From: Parcubacteria group bacterium
GTDB lineage: Bacteria > Patescibacteriota > Minisyncoccia > 2-02-FULL-40-12 > IGHO2-01-FULL-4-A
Direction of reading: 5' to 3'
Assembly: GCA_043821485.1 (NCBI GenBank)
Contig: JBDRCU010000038.1
Span: 1 to 60,028 of the forward strand
DNA length: 60,028 nucleotides
A program made the translations under genes and the position numbers. Shown in pieces: positions 55,716-60,028 of the stretch. The notes under the pieces are model-generated. The model was given only the letters and a program-made list of their open reading frames with translations. It ran no database searches and was not told where the DNA came from. Each line of letters begins with the position of its first letter. Within the stretch, counting starts at the first letter, position 1.

Positions 55716-56948
55716 TCAAGTCATTTTCAAATACCTCCTTTTCCTTAGCTTCTTTGGCATAAAATCTTGTTCTGCTTCTTTTTTATCCTTGTATCTCGGC
55801 GTATATTTATAGTCCTTCCCAAAGCCTAAATTCTTCATTAACTTTGTTGGCGCATTACGTAAATGTAATGGCACGGGTTCATTCGGCAATTCGCGTACAT
55901 CTTTCTTTACTTTTTCATAAGCTTGGTATAGAGCATTGCTTTTCTTTGATTTAGCCATATATACAACTGCTTGAGCAAGAGCTGTGTCGCATTCAGGCAT
56001 TCCGATAAAATGGCAGGCTTCATATGCTGATATTGCTTGCGGTAGTGCAAACGAATTAGCGATTCCGATATCTTCTGATGCAAATCTGACAAGACGCCGT
56101 GCTATGTATAAAGGGTCTTCACCGGCTTCAAGCATTCTTCCTAACCAATAGAGTGACGCATCTGTATTTCCCCCGCGCATACTCTTATGAAGTGCTGAAA
56201 TAATATTGTAATGCTCGTCCCCTGCCCGATCATAAAGAAGATGCGTACGTTGCAAAGATTCAGAAATCATCTTCTCATCAATTTTTAATTGTTTACCACG
56301 GCTACCCTTACTAGTATTCACTGCAAGTTCAAGAGCATTGAGTGCTACACGTGAATCCCCTGCAGACATACTCGCAAGATATTTAATTGTTTTAGCACTA
56401 ATATCTATTTTGCTATTTCCCAGTCCACGTTTCTTATCTGCCAATGCTCGTTTAATGATTGTTTCAATTTCTTTTGTATCAAGAAGGTTCAATACAAAAA
56501 CGCGAGATCGTGAAAGCAAAGCTGAATTAATTTCAAAGCTTGGATTTTCTGTTGTTGCTCCTATAAATGTAACAATGCCTTTTTCTACATGAGGCAATAG
56601 TCTATCTTGTTGTGCTTTATTAAAACGATGAATCTCATCAATAAAAATGATTGTCTTAGTACCCAAACGTAAATCAATAATTGCACGTTCAACTGTTCTT
56701 TTAATGTCTGCTACTCCGCCAGTTGCCCCGCTAAGCCGTACGAAGTTAGAATCAGTCGTATTGGCTATAATATGGGCAAGAGTAGTCTTGCCGGACCCCG
56801 GAGGACCCCAAAACACTATAGATGGGATAGACCCCCCCTCAATTGCACGACGAAGTATTTTGCCCCTGCTAATGATATGTTCCTGGCCGACAAATTCACC
56901 CAAATTAACGGGCCTCATCCTATCAGCAAGCGGTTGAGAATTATCCAT
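55716..56948 (-). CDS. rarA: Replication-associated recombination protein A (AAA+)
   Basis: PLADRMRP, WGPPGSGKTT, DEIHRFNKAQQD, ATTENPSF, ISALHKS.RG, ASEDIG. Confidence 0.96.
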   Translation of the reverse strand: MDNSQPLADRMRPVNLGEFVGQEHIISRGKILRRAIEGGSIPSIVFWGPPGSGKTTLAHIIANTTDSNFVRLSGATGGVADIKRTVERAIIDLRLGTKTIIFIDEIHRFNKAQQDRLLPHVEKGIVTFIGATTENPSFEINSALLSRSRVFVLNLLDTKEIETIIKRALADKKRGLGNSKIDISAKTIKYLASMSAGDSRVALNALELAVNTSKGSRGKQLKIDEKMISESLQRTHLLYDRAGDEHYNIISALHKSMRGGNTDASLYWLGRMLEAGEDPLYIARRLVRFASEDIGIANSFALPQAISAYEACHFIGMPECDTALAQAVVYMAKSKKSNALYQAYEKVKKDVRELPNEPVPLHLRNAPTKLMKNLGFGKDYKYTPRYKDKKEAEQDFMPKKLRKRRYLKMT

Positions 56949-56952
56949 TAAC

Positions 56953-58626
56953 TTACACTACCTTATTTTTGATAATTTCCAAGTCGTGGGCTTTGAGTTC
57001 TTTCAAAAATCCAAGACCTGGGTCTTCTTCTATGCCCCTACCCAGATAATGCCCTGCTGTAAGCATAGGAAATATGACATAATGCGCTCCTGCTTTGTAT
57101 AGCAGTTTAGTATCTCGCGAAGTGTTTGCTCGTACAATAATTCTCTGTCCCTTTTTCTTATATTTCTTTGCCTGCTCAAGCAAAAGCATATTATCGTCAA
57201 AAGTCTTACTGGTTGATATTATAAGCTTGGCTCTTTCAAAGCCTGCTTTCTCGCGTATTTCCTCATCTGAAATATCCCCGAGCATTGCAGTACGGCCCTC
57301 ACTCTGGAGCTTGCGCACAACATCGGGGTCATAATCAATAATCAATAACTTTTCTTTAGGTACATGGAATACAATACTTTCACCAGTACGATTTGCGCCA
57401 ATAAGAATAATCGGCATATTAAAACTATCGTCTATGAATTCAATTTCTTTAATATTTTTACGTTCAAACATTCCGAGAAATTTTGACATTTTTCTTGCGA
57501 TAGGGTCTCCATACATTATCAAATACGTAGACAAAGTAATTGTAATTATTCCCACAGCAGTGATGAGTCCTACTATTGGTTCGTCAATATGTCCGATACG
57601 AAGCCCCATCCATGCAAGCACAAGACTGAATTCTGAAATTTGCGCAACAGTAACTCCAGCCATAAAACTAGTCCGTTTCCTATAGCCCATAGTGCCCATA
57701 AGAATGAGGACTATTAATGGATTACCCAAAAGTACGAAAAGCGAGAATACAATTATTGGCAAAGATAATCCTGAAAAATCAAAGATCACAAGCGAAGATC
57801 CGAGAATTACAAAGAAAATCAATAAAAAGAAATCCTGCAGAGATTTAATTCTTCCTGCAATCTGAAAGTTTTCAGATGAATTCGCTAATGCAAGTCCTGC
57901 AAGAAATCCGCCGATCTCAATAGAGAATCCCAGCTTCACTGAAAGGGAAGCAAATATGAAAAGCCATGCAATACTTGTTATAAAGAGTAATTCCTGCGAT
58001 CGCGCAACACGATCAAATATTGGCGGAAACACCGTACGTCCAAGCCACAAGACTGCAGCGAATAATCCGATGCCTTTAATGACGGTAATCAATACATCCC
58101 ATATAACTATACCTTCTCCGGCATCAATGCCTGCTAATATGATAAGTAAGAGTATTGCAACAATATCCTGAACAAGCATGAATCCAATACTAATCTTGCC
58201 ATAAAGGCTATTCATGTCGCGTTTCTCCGAAAGCAATTTGATAATAATGATTGTGCTTGAAAATGTCAGCGTGATTCCGATATATGCGCTTGTTAAAGAA
58301 CTGAAACCGAATGCAGAAGCAATCAAATAGCCTATGCCAAATGTAAATACAATCTGGCCCAATCCGACAATAATGGCGGTCTTACCCACCATACGAAGAG
58401 ATGAGTAGTTAATCTCAAGGCCAACCAGAAACAACAAAAACATTATTCCCAGATTTGAAAATATGTGAAAACTTTCAATTTCAGCAACATTAAAAACTCC
58501 AAAAAGAGCAATCACTGCTCCTGTTATTAAATAAGCCAGTATAACTGGCTGTTTAAGAAGCCTTGCAATAATGCCCAGTACGGATGCTATCGAAAAAATT
58601 ATTGCAAGTTCAAAGATTCCTGTCAT
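56953..58626 (-). CDS. CPA2 cation:proton antiporter with TrkA-N (KTN) domain
   Basis: LLFLVGLE, LTFSST.IIIK.L, QD, QISEF; C-terminal G.NRTG...DYDP...GD. Confidence 0.88.
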   Translation of the reverse strand: MTGIFELAIIFSIASVLGIIARLLKQPVILAYLITGAVIALFGVFNVAEIESFHIFSNLGIMFLLFLVGLEINYSSLRMVGKTAIIVGLGQIVFTFGIGYLIASAFGFSSLTSAYIGITLTFSSTIIIIKLLSEKRDMNSLYGKISIGFMLVQDIVAILLLIILAGIDAGEGIVIWDVLITVIKGIGLFAAVLWLGRTVFPPIFDRVARSQELLFITSIAWLFIFASLSVKLGFSIEIGGFLAGLALANSSENFQIAGRIKSLQDFFLLIFFVILGSSLVIFDFSGLSLPIIVFSLFVLLGNPLIVLILMGTMGYRKRTSFMAGVTVAQISEFSLVLAWMGLRIGHIDEPIVGLITAVGIITITLSTYLIMYGDPIARKMSKFLGMFERKNIKEIEFIDDSFNMPIILIGANRTGESIVFHVPKEKLLIIDYDPDVVRKLQSEGRTAMLGDISDEEIREKAGFERAKLIISTSKTFDDNMLLLEQAKKYKKKGQRIIVRANTSRDTKLLYKAGAHYVIFPMLTAGHYLGRGIEEDPGLGFLKELKAHDLEIIKNKVV

Positions 58627-58652
58627 TACCTAATTATATTACATCTTGCGCT

Positions 58653-60028
58653 TTACTTAAATGTCTCAAGCAATTTTACCAACAGTTTCACCGGAGATCC
58701 TGACGCTCCTTTTGCAAGATACTGGCCTTCGATAGTTGTCATTGTCGGCGCTATATCCAGATGTACCCATGGATAATTTTTTGCAAATTGATAAAGAAAC
58801 ATAGCAGCTGTTATTGCACCAGCAAAACTCGGAATTTTGCCAAGATTTGCCCAATCTCCAAATGTTCCTTTTATATCTTCTTCGTATTCTTCCCACAATG
58901 GCAGAGGCCACATATAGTCTCCTGTTTCTTCTCCTAAATCACGCATCTTCTTTTCTATTTTCTCATCTTTTGTAAAAATAGCCATGGCTTTTTGCCCAAG
59001 CCCTGCAATAGCTGCCCCTGTTAAAGTTGCTATATCAATTACCAACTTAGGCTTGTACTTCTCTGCATATGTTAAAGCATCAGCAAGGATTATTCTACCT
59101 TCTGCGTCAGTATTAATAACTTCTATTGTCTGCCCTGACATACTTCTCAAAACATCTGAGGGCTTATAGCTTGAGCCTGAAGGCATATTTTCTACTGCGG
59201 GCACAAGACCTATTACATTCTTTTTGATCTTCAATAACGAAGCAGTAATAACTGTATGTATAACAGCGGCACCACCTGCCATATCCATATGCATTTCATT
59301 CAAAAGTCCACCTTGCGACGGCTTGAGATTTATCCCGCCTGTATCGTATGTCACGCCCTTGCCAACTAGTAAAATAGGCTTCTCTGTTTTCTTAGTTCCA
59401 TAATATTCAAGGATTATAAATCTTGGTTCATTCTTTGATCCTTGTCCTACGCCAAGCACTCCTCCCATTTTAAGAATCTTCATATCATCCACATCCAAAG
59501 CTTTAACATTGACCTTAGTTCCTTTTGATACAAGCTTTGCTTCTTCTGTAAGAATCTCTGGGGTCATATCTCCCGCAGGCATATTTGCAAGATCACGACA
59601 ATTATTAACTTCAACACCTATTATCTGTCCTTTCTTAAATGCTTTAGCAATCAAATCATTAGTATTCATCACAATAAGATCTTCTATAAAATCCCATCCT
59701 TCCTTCGGCTCTTTCTTAAAATTAACAAATTCATAATTTGCCATTGTCATATTCGCTCCAATCAACTCACCCAAATCAGCATCTTTAATTTTTAAATGTT
59801 TAAATTTAAAATCTTTAAAATCAATTCCAATATTCTTCAATCTATATTTGCGTGCTTCTGCGATCACTCTACGTACAACCAAAAACGATTTTCTTTGTGT
59901 AATATCTTTGAATTTGCCGATGCCAATAATGAGTGTCTTTTGTTTACCCTTAACTTCAAAATATGCTGTCTTTTCTTCTGACAGCTTAACAAGAGTAAAT
60001 CCTTCATCTAATTTATTCTTAAATACAA
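58653..60028 (-). CDS. pepA: Leucyl aminopeptidase (M17), 5' end beyond window
   Basis: VGKGVTYDTGG, DMAGGA, NTDAEGRIILAD, DIATLTGA; frame stays open to 60028. Confidence 0.93.
   Translation of the reverse strand, partial: VFKNKLDEGFTLVKLSEEKTAYFEVKGKQKTLIIGIGKFKDITQRKSFLVVRRVIAEARKYRLKNIGIDFKDFKFKHLKIKDADLGELIGANMTMANYEFVNFKKEPKEGWDFIEDLIVMNTNDLIAKAFKKGQIIGVEVNNCRDLANMPAGDMTPEILTEEAKLVSKGTKVNVKALDVDDMKILKMGGVLGVGQGSKNEPRFIILEYYGTKKTEKPILLVGKGVTYDTGGINLKPSQGGLLNEMHMDMAGGAAVIHTVITASLLKIKKNVIGLVPAVENMPSGSSYKPSDVLRSMSGQTIEVINTDAEGRIILADALTYAEKYKPKLVIDIATLTGAAIAGLGQKAMAIFTKDEKIEKKMRDLGEETGDYMWPLPLWEEYEEDIKGTFGDWANLGKIPSFAGAITAAMFLYQFAKNYPWVHLDIAPTMTTIEGQYLAKGASGSPVKLLVKLLETFK

Noticed and set aside
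1650-59981. Numerous short ORFs antisense to or overlapping well-supported genes (e.g. 2722, 5629, 7694, 19492, 21164, 23853, 25102, 47468, 56338)
   Set aside because: Shadow ORFs of AT-rich coding strands; no SD, motifs or independent signals
1-60028. Alternative genetic code 25 (UGA=Gly)
   Set aside because: Conserved genes are full length under code 11, and gltX ends at TGA at the expected position

Overview
60-kb chromosomal segment of an AT-rich bacterium using genetic code 11. Gene content and style (short AlaRS, RpoA without a C-terminal domain, LCP plus sortase, SD-less housekeeping genes, many orphan genes) point to Patescibacteria/CPR, probably Parcubacteria (inference). It holds housekeeping genes (priA partial, gltX, rpmA, rplI, mreB, the infA-rpmJ-rpsM-rpsK-rpsD-rpoA-rplQ-rplM-rpsI operon, alaS, typA, hup, rny, gpmI, mnmA, murJ, rarA, pepA partial), a glycosyltransferase/LCP/O-antigen-ligase cluster, a sortase with an LPETG substrate, and four tRNAs (His, Arg, Pro, Gly). 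The best candidate for an undescribed system is a ~6-kb integron-like cassette array at 37.1-43.2 kb. It is anchored at the tRNA-His 3' end, its ten unrelated genes are all co-oriented, and they are punctuated by two non-attC repeat families (29-bp B, 119-bp A) plus a duplicated tRNA 3' flank; no recombinase gene lies in the window. Other leads are a pair of dif/Xer-like sites at 4.7-5.1 kb, a ~370-nt ORF-free structured transcription unit at 54.6-54.9 kb, a 6S-like/leader RNA upstream of rny, and self-contained GC-richer orphan mini-genes. All assignments come from reading the sequence and motifs; no database searches or folding programs were run.
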